The notes under the pieces are model-generated. The model was not told where the DNA came from and did not search any database. It was given only the letters and a program-made list of their open reading frames with translations. Positions 1 through 15,300 of a DNA stretch of 64,000 bases are shown here, piece after piece (position 1 is the stretch's first letter; every line of letters begins with the position of its first letter). The stretch lies in the NCBI RefSeq assembly GCF_009914755.1, contig NC_060925.1; one strand, given 5' to 3'. The stretch comes from the human T2T-CHM13v2.0 reference genome, Homo sapiens. Position numbers and translations under genes: made by a program.

Positions 1-2226
1 GGAATTATCATTGAATGGACTCGAATGGAATCAACATCAAACAGAATCAAACGGAATTATCGAATGGAATCGAAGAGAATCATCGAATGGACTCGAATGG
101 AATCATCTAATGGAATGGAATGGAAGAATCCATGGTCTCGAATGCAATCATCATCGAATGGAATCGAATGGAATCATAGAATGGACTCGAATGGAATAAT
201 CATTGAACGGAATCGAATGGAATCACCATCGGATGTAAAAGAATGGAATCATCAAATGGAATCAGATGGAATCATCATCAAATGGAATCGAATAGAATTA
301 TGGAATGAAATCCATTGTGCTCATCATCGAATGGACTCGAATGGAATCATCATCCAATGGAAACTAATGGAATCAACATCGAATGGAATCGAATGGAAAC
401 TCCATCGAATTGAAACGAATGGAATTATCATGAAATTGAAATGGATGGAATCATCATCGAATGGATTCGAATGGAATCATCGAATGAAATTGATTGAAAT
501 CATCATCAAATGGAATCGAATGGAATCATTGAATGGAATCGAATGGAATCATCATCAGATGGAAATGAATGGAATCATCATAGAATGGAATCGAAAGGAT
601 TCATTGAATGGAATCAGATGGAATCATCGAATGGACTTGAATGGAATCATTGAATGGACACGAATGGAATCATTATGGAATGGAATTGAATGGAATCATC
701 GAATGGTCTCGAATAGAATCATTATCAAATGGAATCGAATGGAATCACCGAATAGAATCGAATGAAACAATCATCGAATGGACTCAAATGGAATTATCCT
801 CAAATGGAATCGAATGGAATTATCGAATGCAATCGAATGGAATAATCGAATGCAATCGAATAGAATCATCGAATGGACTTGAAAGGAATCATCGATTGAA
901 ATGGAATGGAATAGTCAATGAACTCGAATGGAATCATCACTGAATGGAATCATCGAGTGGAATCGAATGGAATCATGATCAAATGGGATCGAAAGTAATC
1001 ATCATCAAATGGAATCAAAATAACCATCATCAATTGGTAAGGAATGGAATTGTCATCAAACGGAATTCAAAGGAATCATCATCAAATGGAACCGAATGGA
1101 ATCCTCATTGAATGGAAATGAAAGGAGTCATCCTCTAATGGAATCGCATGGAATCATCATCAAATGGAATCGAATGGAATCATCATCAAATGGAATCTAA
1201 TGGAATCATTGAACGGAATTGAATGGAATCGTCATCGAATGAATTGAATGCAATCAACGAATGGTCTCGAATGGAACCACCTCCAAATGGAATGGAATGG
1301 AATCATCGCATAGAATCGAATGGAATTATCATCGAATGGACCCGAATGGAATCAACATCAAACGGAATCAAACGGAATTATCGAATGGAATCGAAGAGAA
1401 TCATCGAACGGGCTCGAATGGAATCATCTAATGGAATGGAATGGAAGAATCCATGGACTCGAATGCAATCATCATCGAATGGAATCGAATGGAATCATCG
1501 AATGGACTCGAATGGAATAATCATTGAACGGAATCGAATGGAATCATCATCGGATGGAAACGAATGGAATCATCAAATGGAATCAGATGGAATCATCATC
1601 AAATGGAATCGAATAGAATTATGGAATGAAATCCAATGTGATCATCATTGAATGGACGCGAATGGAATCATCATCCAATGGAAACTAATGGAATCAACAT
1701 CGAATGGAATCGAATGGAAACACCATCGAATTGAAACGAATGGAATTATCATGAAATTGAAATAGATGGACTCATCATCGAATGGATTCGAATGGAATCA
1801 TCGAATGAAATTGATTGAAATCATCATCAAATTGAATCGAATGGAATCATTGAATGGAATCGAATGGAATCATCATCAGATGGAAATGAATGGAATCATC
1901 ATAGAAGGGAATCGCATGGATTCATTGAATGGAATCAGATGGAATCATCGAATGGACTTGAATGGAATCGTTGAATGGACTCGAATGGAATCATTATTGA
2001 ATGGAATTGAATAGAATCATCGAATGGTCTCGAATGGAATCATTATCAAATGAAGTCGAATGGAATCACCGAATAGAATCGAATGGAACAATCATCGAAT
2101 GGACTCAAATGGAATTATCCTCAAATGGAATCAAATGGATTTATCGAATGCAATCGAATGGAATTATCGAATGCAATCGAATAGAATCATCGAATGGACT
2201 CAAATGGAATCATCGAATGGAATGCA

Positions 2227-2240
2227 ATGGATTAATCCAT
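2227..2240. other. 14-bp perfect palindrome ATGGATTAATCCAT (first of 24 copies, one per L monomer)
   Basis: The sequence equals its own reverse complement. I saw it in each L tail (e.g. 6249, 8976, 10383, 41561, 63499) and never in S tails. Function is unknown. Confidence 0.85.
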
Positions 2241-5200
2241 GGACTCGAATTCAATCACCATCGAATACAATCGAATGGAGTCATCGAATCGACTCAAATG
2301 GAATAATCATTGAATGGAATCGAATGGAATCATCGAGTGGAATCGAATGGAATCATGATCAAATGGAATCGAAAGTAATCATCATCAAATGGAATCAAAA
2401 ATAAACATCATCAATTGGTATTGAATGGAATTGTCATCAAATGGAATTCAAAGGAATCATCATCAAATGGAACCGATTGGAATCCTCATTGAATGGAAAT
2501 GAAAGGAGTCATCATCTAATGGAATCACATGGAATCATCATCAAATGGAATCGAATGGAATCATCATCAAATGGAATCTAATGGAATCATTGAACGGAAT
2601 TCAATGGAATCGTCATCGAATGAATTGAATGCAATCAACGAATGGTATCGAAGGAACCACCTCCAAATGGAAAGGAATGGAATCATCGCATAGAATCGAA
2701 TGGAATTATCATTGAATGGACTCGAATGGAATCAACATCAAATAGAATCAAACGGAATTATCGAATAGAATCGAAGAGAATCATCGAATGGACTCGAATG
2801 GAATCATCTAATGCAATGGAATGGAAGAATCCATGGTCTCGAATGCAATCATCATCGAATGGAATCGAATGGAATCATAGAATGGACTCGAATGGAATAA
2901 TCATTGAACGGAATCGAATGGAATCACCATCGGATGGAAACGAATGGAATCATCAAATGGAATCAGATGGAATCATCATCAAATGGAATCGAATACAATT
3001 ATGGAATGAAATCCATTGTGATCATCATTGAATGGACACGAATGGAATCATCATCCAATGGAAACTAATGGAATCAGCATCGAATGGAATCGAATGGAAA
3101 CTCCATCGAATTGAAACGAATGGAATTATCATGAAATTGAAATGGATGGAATCATCATCGAATGGATTCGAATGGAATCATCGAATGAAATTGATTGAAA
3201 TCATCATCAACTGGAATCGAATGGAATCATTGAATGGAATCAAATGGAATCATCATCAAATGGAAATGAATGGAATCATCATAGAATGGAATCGAGTGGA
3301 TTCATTGAATGGAATCAGATGGAATCATCGAATGGACTTGAATGGAATCATTGAATGGACTCGAATGGAATCATTATGGAATGGAATTGAATGGAATCAT
3401 CGAATGGTCTCGAATGGAAACATTATCAAATGGAATCGAATGGAATCACCGAATAGAATCGAATGGAACAATCATCGAATGGACTCAAATGGAATTATCC
3501 TCAAAAGGAATCGAATGGAATTATCGAATGCAATCGAATGGAATAATCGAATGCAATCGAATAGAATCATCGAATGGACTTGAAAGGAATCATCGATTGA
3601 AATGGAATGGAATAGTCAATGAACTCGAATGGAATCATCATTTAATGGAATCATCGAGTGGAATCGAATGGAATCATGATCAAATGGAATCGAAAGTAAT
3701 CATCATCAAATAGAATCAAAATAACCATCATCAATTGGTATTGAATGGAATTGTCATCAAACGGAATTGAAAGGAATCATCATCAAATGGAACCGAATGG
3801 AATCCTCATTGAATGGAAATGAAAGGAGTCAACCTCTAATGGAATCGCATGGAATCATCATCAAATGGAATCGAATGGAATCATCATCAAATGGAATCTA
3901 ATGGAATCATTGAACGGAATTGAATGGAATCGTCATCGAATGAATTGAATGCAATCAACGAATGGTCTCGAATGGAACCATCTCCAAATGGAATGGAATG
4001 GAATCATCGCATAGAATCGAATGGAATTATCATCGAATGGACTCGAATGGAATCAACATCAAACGGAATCAAACGGAATTATCGAATGGAATCGAAGAGA
4101 ATCATCGAACGGACTCGAATGGAATCATCTAATGGAATGGAATGGAAGAATTCCTGGACTCGAATGCAATCATCATCGAATGGAATCGAATGGAATCATC
4201 GAATGGACTCGAATGGAATAATCATTGAACGGAATCGAATGGAATCATCATCGGATGGAAACGAATGGAATCATCATCGAATGGAATCGAATGGGATCAT
4301 CAAATGGAATCAGATGGAATCATCATCAAATGGAATCCAATAGAATTATGGAATGAAATCCAATGTGATTATCATTGAATGGACTCGAATGGAATCATCA
4401 TCCAATGGAAACTAATGGAATCAACATCGAATGGAATCGAATGGAAACTCCATCGAATTGAAACGAATGGAATTATCATGAAATTGAAATGGATGGAATC
4501 ATCATCGAATGGATTCGAATGGAATCATCGAATGAAATTGATTGAAATCATCATCAAATGGAATCGAATGGAGTCATTGAATGGAATCGAATGGAATCAT
4601 CATCAGATGGAAATGAATGGAATCATCATAGAATGGAATCGCATGGATTCATTGAATGGAATCAGATGGAATCATCGAATGGACTTGAATGGAATCATTG
4701 TATGGACTCGAATGGAATCATTATTGAATGGAATTGAATGGAATCATCGAATGGTCTCGAATGGAATCATTATCAAATGGAATCGAATGGAATCACTGAA
4801 TAGAATCGAATGGAACAATCATCGAATGGACTCAAATGGGATTATCCTCAAATGGAATCGAATGGAATTATCGAATGAAATCGAATGCAATAATCGAATG
4901 CAATCGAACAGAATCATCGAATGGACTTCAAAGGAATCATCGATTGAAATGGAATGGAATAGTCAATGAACTCGAATGGAATCATCATTGAATGGAATCA
5001 TCGAGTGGAATCGAATGGAATCATGATCAAATGGAATCGAAAGTAATCATCATGAAATGGAATCAAAATAACCATCATCAATTGGTATTGAATGGAATTG
5101 TCACCAAACGGAATTCAAAGGAATCATCATTAAATGGAACCGAATGGAATCCTCATTGAATGGAAATGAAAGGAGTCATCATCTAATGGAATCGCATGGA

Positions 5201-6625
5201 ATCATCATCAAATGGAATCTAATGGAATCATTGAACGGAATTGAATGGAATCGTCATCGAATGAATTGAATGCAATCAACGAATGGTCTCGAATGGAACC
5301 ACCTCCAAATGGAATGGAATGGAATCATCGCATAGAATCGAATGGAATTATCATCGAATGGACCCGAATGGAATCAACATCAAACGGAATCAAACGGAAT
5401 TATCGAATGGAATCGAAGAGAATCATCGAACGGGCTCGAATGGAATCATCTAATGGAATGGAATGGAAGAATACATGGACTCGAATGCAATCATCATCGA
5501 ATGGAATCGAATGGAATCATCGAATGGACTCGAATGGAATAATCATTGAACGGAATCGAATGGAATCATCATCGGATGGAAACGAATGGAATCATCAAAT
5601 GGAATCAGATGGAATCATCATCAAATGGAATCGAATAGAATTATGGAATGAAATCCAATGTGATCATCATTGAATGGACGCGAATGGAATCATCATCCAA
5701 TGGAAACTAATGGAATCAACATCGAATGGAATCGAATGGAAACACCATCGAATTGAAACGAATGGAATTATCATGAAATTGAAATGGATGGACTCATCAT
5801 CGAATGGATTCGAATGGAATCATCGAATGAAATTGATTGAAATCATCATCAAATGGAATCGAATGGAATCATTGAATGGAATCGAATGGAATCATCATCA
5901 GATGGAAATGAATGGAATCATCATAGAAGGGAATCGCATGGATTCATTGAATGGAATCAGATGGAATCATCGAATGGACTTGAATGGAATCGTTGAATGG
6001 ACTCGAATGGAATCATTATTGAATTGAATTGAATAGAATCATCGAATGGTCTCGAATGGAATCATTATCAAATGAAGTCGAATGGAATCACCGAATAGAA
6101 TCGAATGGAACAATCATCGAATGGACTCAAATGGAATTATCCTCAAATGGAATCAAATGGATTTATCGAATGCAATCGAATGGAATTATCGAATGCAATC
6201 GAATAGAATCATCGAATGGACTCAAATGGAATCATCGAATGGAATGCAATGGATTAATCCATGGACTCGAATTCAATCACCATCGAATACAATCGAATGG
6301 AGTCATCGAATCGACTCAAATGGAATAATCATTGAATGGAATCGAATGGAATCATCGAGTGGAATCGAATGGAATCATGATCAAATGGAATCGAAAGTAA
6401 TCATCATCAAATGGAATCAAAAATAAACATCATCAATTGGTATTGAATGGAATTGTCATCAAATGGAATTCAAAGGAATCATCATCAAATGGAACCGATT
6501 GGAATCCTCATTTAATGGAAATGAAAGGAGTCATCATCTAATGGAATCACATGGAATCATCATCAAATGGAATCGAATGGAATCATCATCAAATGGAATC
6601 TAATGGAATCATCGAACGGAATTGA

Positions 6626-7945
6626 ATGGAATCGTCATCGAATGAATTGAATGCAATCAACGAATGGTCTCGAAGGAACCACCTCCAAATGGAAAGGAAT
6701 GGAATCATCGCATAGAATCGAATGGAATTATCATTGAATGGACTCGAATGGAATCAACATCAAACAGAATCAAACGGAATTATCGAATGGAATCGAAGAG
6801 AATCATCGAATGGACTCGAATGGAATCATCTAATGCAATGGAATGGAAGAATCCATGGTCTCGAATGCAATCATCATCGAATGGAATCGAATGGAATCAT
6901 AGAATGGACTCGAATGGAATAATCATTGAACGGAATCGAATGGAATCACCATCGGATGGAAACGAATGGAATCATCAAATGGAATCAGATGGAATCATCA
7001 TCAAATGGAATCGAATACAATTATGGAATGAAATCCATTGTGATCATCATTGAATGGACTCGAATGGAATCATAATCTAATGGAAACTAATGGAATCAGC
7101 ATCGAATGGAATCGAATGGAAACTCCATCGAATTGAAACGAATGGAATTATCATGAAATTGAAATGGATGGAATCATCATCGAATGGATTCGAATGGAAT
7201 CATCGAATGAAATTGATTGAAATCATCATCAAATGGAATCGAATGGAATCATTGAATGGAATCGAATGGAATCATCATCAAATGGAAATGAATGGAATCA
7301 TCATAGAATGGAATCGAATGGATTCATTGAATGGAATCAGATGGAATCATCGAATGGACTTGAATGGAATCATTGAATGGACTCGAATGGAATCATTATG
7401 GAATGGAATTGAATGGAATCATCGAATGGTCTCGAATGGAAACATTATCAAATGGAATCGAATGGAATCACCGAATAGAATCGAATGGAACAATCATCGA
7501 ATGGACTCAAATGGAATTATCCTCAAAAGGAATCGAATGGAATTATCGAATGCAATCGAATGGAATAATCGAATGCAATCGAATAGAATCATCGAATGGA
7601 CTTGAAAGGAATCATCGATTGAAATGGAATGGAATAGTCAATGAACTCGAATGGAATCATCATTGAATGGAATCATCGAGTGGAATCGAATGGAATCATG
7701 ATCAAATGGAATCGAAAGTAATCATCATCAAATAGAATCAAAATAACCATCATCAATTGGTATTGAATGGAATTGTCATCAAACGGAATTCAAAGGAATC
7801 ATCATCAAATGGAACCGAATGGAATCCTCATTGAATGGAAATGAAAGGAGTCAACCTCTAATGGAATCGCATGGAATCATCATCAAATGGAATCGAATGG
7901 AATCATCATCAAATGGAATCTAATGGAATCATTGAACGGAATTGA
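6626..7945 (+). repeat. Representative short (S) monomer, 1320 bp
   Basis: Lacks the gggatc 26-mer. Markers are ccattgtg, aaactcc and ccatggtctcg. It has the S tail gacttgaaaggaatcatcgattgaaatggaatggaatagtcaatgaactcg, which is 59 bp shorter than the L tail. Confidence 0.9.
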
Positions 7946-9352
7946 ATGGAATCGTCATCGAATGAATTGAATGCAATCAACGAATGGTCTCGAATGGAAC
8001 CATCTCCAAATGGAATGGAATGGAATCATCGCATAGAATCGAATGGAATTATCATCGAATGGACTCGAATGGAATCAACATCAAACGGAATCAAAAGGAA
8101 TTATCGAATGGAATCGAAGAGAATCATCGAACGGACTCGAATGGAATCATCTAATGGAATGGAATGGAAGAATTCATGGACTCGAATGCAATCATCATCG
8201 AATGGAATCGAATGGAATCATCGAATGGACTCGAATGGAATAATCATTGAACGGAATCGAATGGAATCATCATCGGATGGAAACGAATGGAATCATCATC
8301 GAATGGAATCGAATGGGATCATCAAATGGAATCAGATGGAATCATCATCAAATGGAATCGAATAGAATTATGGAATGAAATCCAATGTGATCATCATTGA
8401 ATGGACTCGAATGGAATCATCATCCAATGGAAACTAATGGAATCAACATCGAATGGAATCGAATGGAAACACCATCGAATTGAAACGAATGGAATTATCA
8501 TGAAATTGAAATGGATGGACTCATCATCGAATGGATTCGAATGGAATCATCGAATGAAATTGATTGAAATCATCATCAAATGGAATCGAAAGGAATCATT
8601 GAATGGAATCGAATGGAATCATCATCAGATGGAAATGAATGGAATCATCATAGAATGGAATTGCATGGATTCATTGAATGGAATCAGATGGAATCATCGA
8701 ATGGACTTGAATGGAATCGTTGAATGGACTCGAATGGAATCATTATTGAATGGAATTGAATAGAATCATCGAATGGTCTCGAATGGAATCATTATCAAAT
8801 GAAGTCGAATGGAATCACCGAATAGAATCGAATGGAACAATCATCGAATGGACTCAAATGGAATTATCCTCAAATGGAATCAAGTGGATTCATCGAATGC
8901 AATCGAATTTAATTATCGAATGCAATCGAATAGAATCATCGAATGGACTCGAATGGAATCATCGAATGGAATGCAATGGATTAATCCATGGACTCGAATT
9001 CAATCACCATCGAATACAATCGAATGGAGTCATCGAATCGACTCAAATGGAATAATCATTGAATGGAATCGAATGGAATCATCGAGTGGAATCGAATGGA
9101 ATCATGATCAAATGGAATCGAATATAATCATCATCAAATGGAATAAAAAATAAACATCAGCAATTGGTATTGAATGGAATTGTCATCAAATGGAATTCAA
9201 AGGAATCATCATCAAATGGAACCGAATGGAATCCTCATTGAATGGAAATGAAAGGAGTCATCATCTAATGGAATCGCATGGAATCATCATCAAATGGAAT
9301 CGAATGGAATCATCTTCAAATGGAATCTAATGGAATCATTGAACGGAATTGA
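7946..9352 (+). repeat. Representative long (L) monomer, 1407 bp
   Basis: Carries the extra 26-bp subunit containing gggatc (~8315). Other markers are ccaatgtg, aaacacc, atcgttg and tgaagtcg, plus the L tail aatgcaatggattaatccatggactcgaattcaatcacc. Confidence 0.9.
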
Positions 9353-12300
9353 ATGGAATCGTCATCGAATGAATTGAATGCAATCAACGAATGGTCTCGA
9401 ATGGAACCACCTCCAAATGGAAAGGAATGGAATCATCGCATAGAATCGAATGGAATTATCATCGAATGGACTCGAATGGAATCAACATCAAACAGAATCA
9501 AACGGAATTATCGAATGGAATCGAAGAGAATCATCGAATGGACTCGAATGTAAACATCTAATGGAATGGAATGGAAGAATCCATGGTCTCGAATGCAATC
9601 ATCATCGAATGGAATCGAATGGAATCATCGAATGGACTCGAATGGAATAATCATTGAACGGAATCGAATGGAATCATCATCGGATGGAAACGAATGGAAT
9701 CATCATCGAATGGAATCGAATGGGATCATCAAATGGAATCAGATGGAATCATCATCAAATGGAATCCAATAGAATTATGGAATGAAATCCAATGTGATCA
9801 TCATTGAATGGACTCGAATGGAATCATCATCCAATGGAAACTAATGGAATCAACATCGAATGGAATCGAATGGAAACACCATCGAATTGAAACGAATGGA
9901 ATTATCATGAAATTGAAATGGATGGACTCATCATCGAATGGATTCGAATGGAATCATCGAATGAAATTGATTGAAATCATCATCAAATGGAATCGAATGG
10001 AATCATTGAATGCAATCGAATGGAATCATCATCAGATGGAAATGAATGGAATCATCATAGAATGGAATCGCATGGATTCATTGAATGGAATCAGATGGAA
10101 TCATCGAATGGACTTGAATGGAATCGTTGAATGGACTCGAATGGAATCATTATTGAATGGAATTGAATAGAATCATCGAATGGTCTCGAATGGAATCATT
10201 ATCAAATGAAGTCGAATGGAATCACCGAATAGAATCGAATGGAACAATCATCGAATGGACTCAAATGGAATTATCTTCAAATGGAATCAAATGGATTTAT
10301 CGAATGCAATCGAATGGAATAATCGAATGCAATCGAATAGAATCATCAAATGGACTCGAATGGAATCATCGAATGGAATGCAATGGATTAATCCATGCAC
10401 TCGAATTCAATCACCATCGAATACAATCGAATGGAGTCATCGAATCGACTCAAATGGAATAATCATTGAATGGAATCGAATGGAATCATCGAGTGGAATC
10501 GAATGGAATCATGATCAAATGGAATCGAATGTAATCATCATCAAATGGAATAAAAAAAAACATCATCAATAGGTATTGAATGGAATTGTCATCAAACGGA
10601 ATTCAAAGGAATCATCATCAAATGGAACCGAATGGAATCCTCATTGAATGGAAATGAAAGGAGTCATCATCTAATGGAATCACATGGAATCATCATCAAA
10701 TGGAATCGAATGGAATCATCATCAAATGGAATCTAATGGAATCATTGAACGGAATTGAATGGAATCGTCATCGAATGAATTCAATGCAATCAACGAATGG
10801 TCTCGAATGGAACCACCTCCAAATGGAATGGAATGGAATCATCGCATAGAGTCGAATGGAATTATAATCGAATGGACACGAATGGAATCAACATCAAACG
10901 GAATCAAACGGAATTATCGAATGGAATCGAAGAGAATCATCGAATGGACTGGAATGGAATCATCTAATGGAATGGAATGGAAGAATCCATGGTCTCGAAT
11001 GCAATCATCATCGAATGGAATCGAATGGAATCATTGAATGGACTCGAATGGAATAATCATTGAATGGAATTGAATGGAATCATCATCGGATGGAAACGAA
11101 TGGAATCATCATCGAATGGAATCGAATGGGATCATCAAATGGAATCAGATGGAATCATCATCAAATGGAATCGAATAGAATTATGGAATGAAATCCATTG
11201 TGATCATCATCGAATGGACTCGAATGGAATCATCATCCAATGGAAACTAATGGAATCAACATCGAATGGAATCGAATGGAAACTCCATCGAATTGAAACG
11301 AATGGAATTATCATGAAATTGAAATGGATGGACTCATCATCGAATGGATTCGAATGGAATCATCGAACGAAATTGATTGAAATCATCATCAAATGGAATC
11401 GAATGGAATCATTGAATGGAATCGAATGGAATCATCATCAGATGGAAATGAATGGAATCATCATAGAATGGAATCGAATGGATTCATTGAATGGAATCAG
11501 ATGGAATCATCGAATGGACTTGAATGGAATCATTGAATGGACTCGAATGGAATCATTATTGAATGGAATTGAATGGAATCATCGAATGGTCTCGAATGGA
11601 ATCATTATCAAATGGAATCGAATGGAATCACCGAATAGAATCGAATGGAACAATCATCGAATGGACTCAAATGGAATTATCCTCAAATGGAATCGAATGG
11701 AATTATCGAATGCAATCGAATGGAATAATCGAATGCAATCGAATAGAATCATCGAATGGACTTCAAAGGAATCATCGATTGAAATGGAATGGAATAGTCA
11801 ATGAACTCGAATGGAATCATCATTGAATGGAATCATCGAGTGGAATCGAATGGAATCATGATCAAATGGAATCGAAAGTAATCATCATCAAATGGAATCA
11901 AAAATAACCATCATCAATTGGTATTGAATGGAATTGTCATCAAACGGAATTCAAACGAATCATCATCAAATGGAACCGAATGGAATCCTCATTGAATGGA
12001 AATGAAAGGAGTCATCATCTAATGGAATCGCATGGAATCATCATCAAATGGAATCGAATGGAATCATCATCAAATGGAATCTAATGGAATCATTGAACGG
12101 AATTGAATGGAATCGTCATCGAATGAATTGAATGCAATCAACGAATGGTCTCGAATGGAACCACATCCAAATGGAATGGAATGGAATCATCGCATAGAAT
12201 CGAATGGAATTATCATCGAATGGACTCGAATGGAATCAACATCAAACGGAATCAAACGGAATTATCGAATGGAATCGAAGAGAATCATCGAACGGACTCG

Positions 12301-15300
12301 AATGGAATCATCTAATGGAATGGAATGGAAGAATTCATGGACTCGAATGCAATCATAATCGAATGGAATCGAATGGAATCATCGAATGGACTCGAATGGA
12401 ATAATCATTGAACGGAATCGAATGGAATCATCATCGGATGGAAACGAATGGAATCATCATCGAATGGAATCGAATGGGATCATCAAATGGAATCAGATGG
12501 AATCATCATCAAATGGAATCGAATAGAATTATGGAATGAAATCCAATGTGATCATCATTGAATGGACTCGAATGGAATCATCATCCAATGGAAACTAATG
12601 GAATCAACATCGAATGGAATCGAATGGAAACACCATCGAATTGAAACGAATGGAATTATCATGAAATTGAAATGGATGGACTCATCATCGAATGGATTCG
12701 AATGGAATCATCGAATGAAATTGATTGAAATCATCATCAAATGGAATCGAAAGGAATCATTGAATGGAATCGAATGGAATCATCATCAGATGGAAATGAA
12801 TGGAATCATCATAGAATGGAATCGCATGGATTCATTGAATGGAATCAGATGGAATCATCGAATGGACTTGAATGGAATCGTTGAATGGACTCGAATGGAA
12901 TCATTATTGAATGGAATTGAATAGAATCATCGAATGGTCTCGAATGGAATCATTATCAAATGAAGTCGAATGGAATCACCGAATAGAATCGAATGGAACA
13001 ATCATCGAATGGACTCAAATGGAATTATCTTCAAAGGGAATCAAATGGATTTATCGAATGCAATCGAATTTTATTATCGAATGCAATCGAATAGAATCAT
13101 CGAATGGACTCGAATGGAATCATCGAATGGAATGCAATGGATTAATCCATGGACTTGAATTCAATCACCATCGAATACAATCGAATGGAGTCATTGAATC
13201 GACTCAAATGGAATAATCATTGAATGGAATCGAATGGAATCATCGAGTGGAATCGAATGGAATCATGATCAAATGGAATCGAATGTAATCATCATCAAAT
13301 GGAATCAAAAATAAACATCATCAATTGGTATTGAATGGAATTGTCATCAAATGGAATTCAAAGGAATCATCATCAAATGGAACCGAATGGAATCCTCATT
13401 GAATGGAAATGAAAGGAGTCATCATCTAATGGAATCGCATGGAATCATCACCAAATGGAATCGAATGGAATCATCATCAAATGGAATCTAATGGAATCAT
13501 TGAACGGAATTGAATGGAATCGTCATCGAATGAATTGAATGCAATCATCGAATGGTCTCGAATGGAACCACCTCCAAATGGAATGGAATGGAATCATCAC
13601 ATAGAATCGAATGGAATTATCATCGAATGGACTCGAATGGAATCAACATCAAACAGAATCAAACGGAATTATCGAATGGAATCGAAGAGAATCATCGAAT
13701 GGCCTGGAATGGAATCATCTAATGGAATGGAATGGAAGAATCCATGGTCTCGAATGCAATCATCATCGAATGGAATCGAATGGAATCATCGAATGGACAC
13801 GAATGGAATAATCATTGAGCGGAATCGAATGGAATCATCATCGGATGGAAACGAATGGAATCATCAAATGGAATCAGATGGAATCATCATCAAATGGAAT
13901 CGAATAGAATTATGGAATGAAATCCATTGTGATCATCATCGAATGGACTCGAATGGAATCATCATCCAATGGAAACTAATGGAATCAACTTCGAATGGAA
14001 TCGAATGGAAACTCCATCGAATTGAAACAAATGGAATTATCATGAAAGTGAAATGGATGGACTCATCAACGAATGGATTCGAATGGAATCATCGAATGAA
14101 ATTGATTGAAATCATCATCAAATGGAATCGAATGGAATCATTGAATGGAATCGAATGAAATCATCATCAGATGGAAATGAATGGAATCATCATAGAATGG
14201 AATCGAATGGATTCATTGAATGGAATCAGATGGAATCATCGAATGGACTTGAATGGAATCATTGAATGGACTCGAATGGAATCATTATTGAATGGAATTG
14301 AATGGAATCATCGAATGGTCTCGAATGGAATCATTATCAAATGGAATCGAATGGAATCACCGAATAGAATCGAATGGAACAATCATCCAATGGACTCAAA
14401 AGGAATTATCCTCAAATGGAATCGAATGGAATTATCGAATGCAATCGAATGGAATAATCGAATGCAATCGAATAGAATCATCGAATGGACTTGAAAGGAA
14501 TCATCGATTGAAATGGAATGGAAAAGTCAATGAACTCGAATGGAATAATCATTGAATGGAATCATTGAGTGGAATCGAATGGAATCATGATCAAATGGAA
14601 TCGAATGTAATTATCATCAAATGGAATCAAAAATAAACATCATCAATTGGTATTGAATGGAAATGTCATCAAACGGAATTCAAAGGAATCATCATCAAAT
14701 GGAACCGAATGGAATCCTCATTGAATGGAAATGAAAGGAGTCATCATCTAATGGAATCGCATGGAATCATCATCAAATGGAATCGAATGGAATCATCATC
14801 AAATGGAATCTAATGGAATCATTGAACGGAATTGAATGGAATTGTCATCGAATGAATTGAATGCAATCAACGAATGGTCTCGAATGGAACCACCTCCAAA
14901 TGGAATGGAATGGAATCATCGCATAGAATCGAATGGAATTATCATCGAATGGACTCGAATGGAATCAACATCAAACGGATTCAAACGGAATTATCGAATG
15001 GAATCGAAGAGAAACATCGAATGGACTCGAATGGAATCATCTAATGGAATGGAATGGAAGAATCCATGGACTCGAATTCAATCATCATCGAATGGAATCG
15101 AATGGAATCATCGAATGGACACGAATGGAATAATCATTGAACGGAATCGAATGGAATCATCATCGGATGGAAACGAATGGAATCATCAAATGGAATCAGA
15201 TGGAATCATCATCAAATGGAATCGAATAGAATTATGGAATGAAATCCATTGTGATCATCATCGAATGGACTCGAATGGAATCATCATCCAATGGAAACTA

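Noticed and set aside
491-502. TGATTGAAATCA inverted repeat (once per monomer) as a DUX or paired-homeodomain site
   Set aside because: The TGAT and ATCA half-sites are 4 bp apart rather than the 3 bp of the DUX/P3 arrangement, and such a short inverted repeat is expected by chance.
10552-10560. A9 run with upstream AATAAA as a retrotransposon tail or poly(A) signal
   Set aside because: It is a variant of the monomer's constant aatcaaaaataaacatc segment. There is no inserted sequence or target-site duplication.
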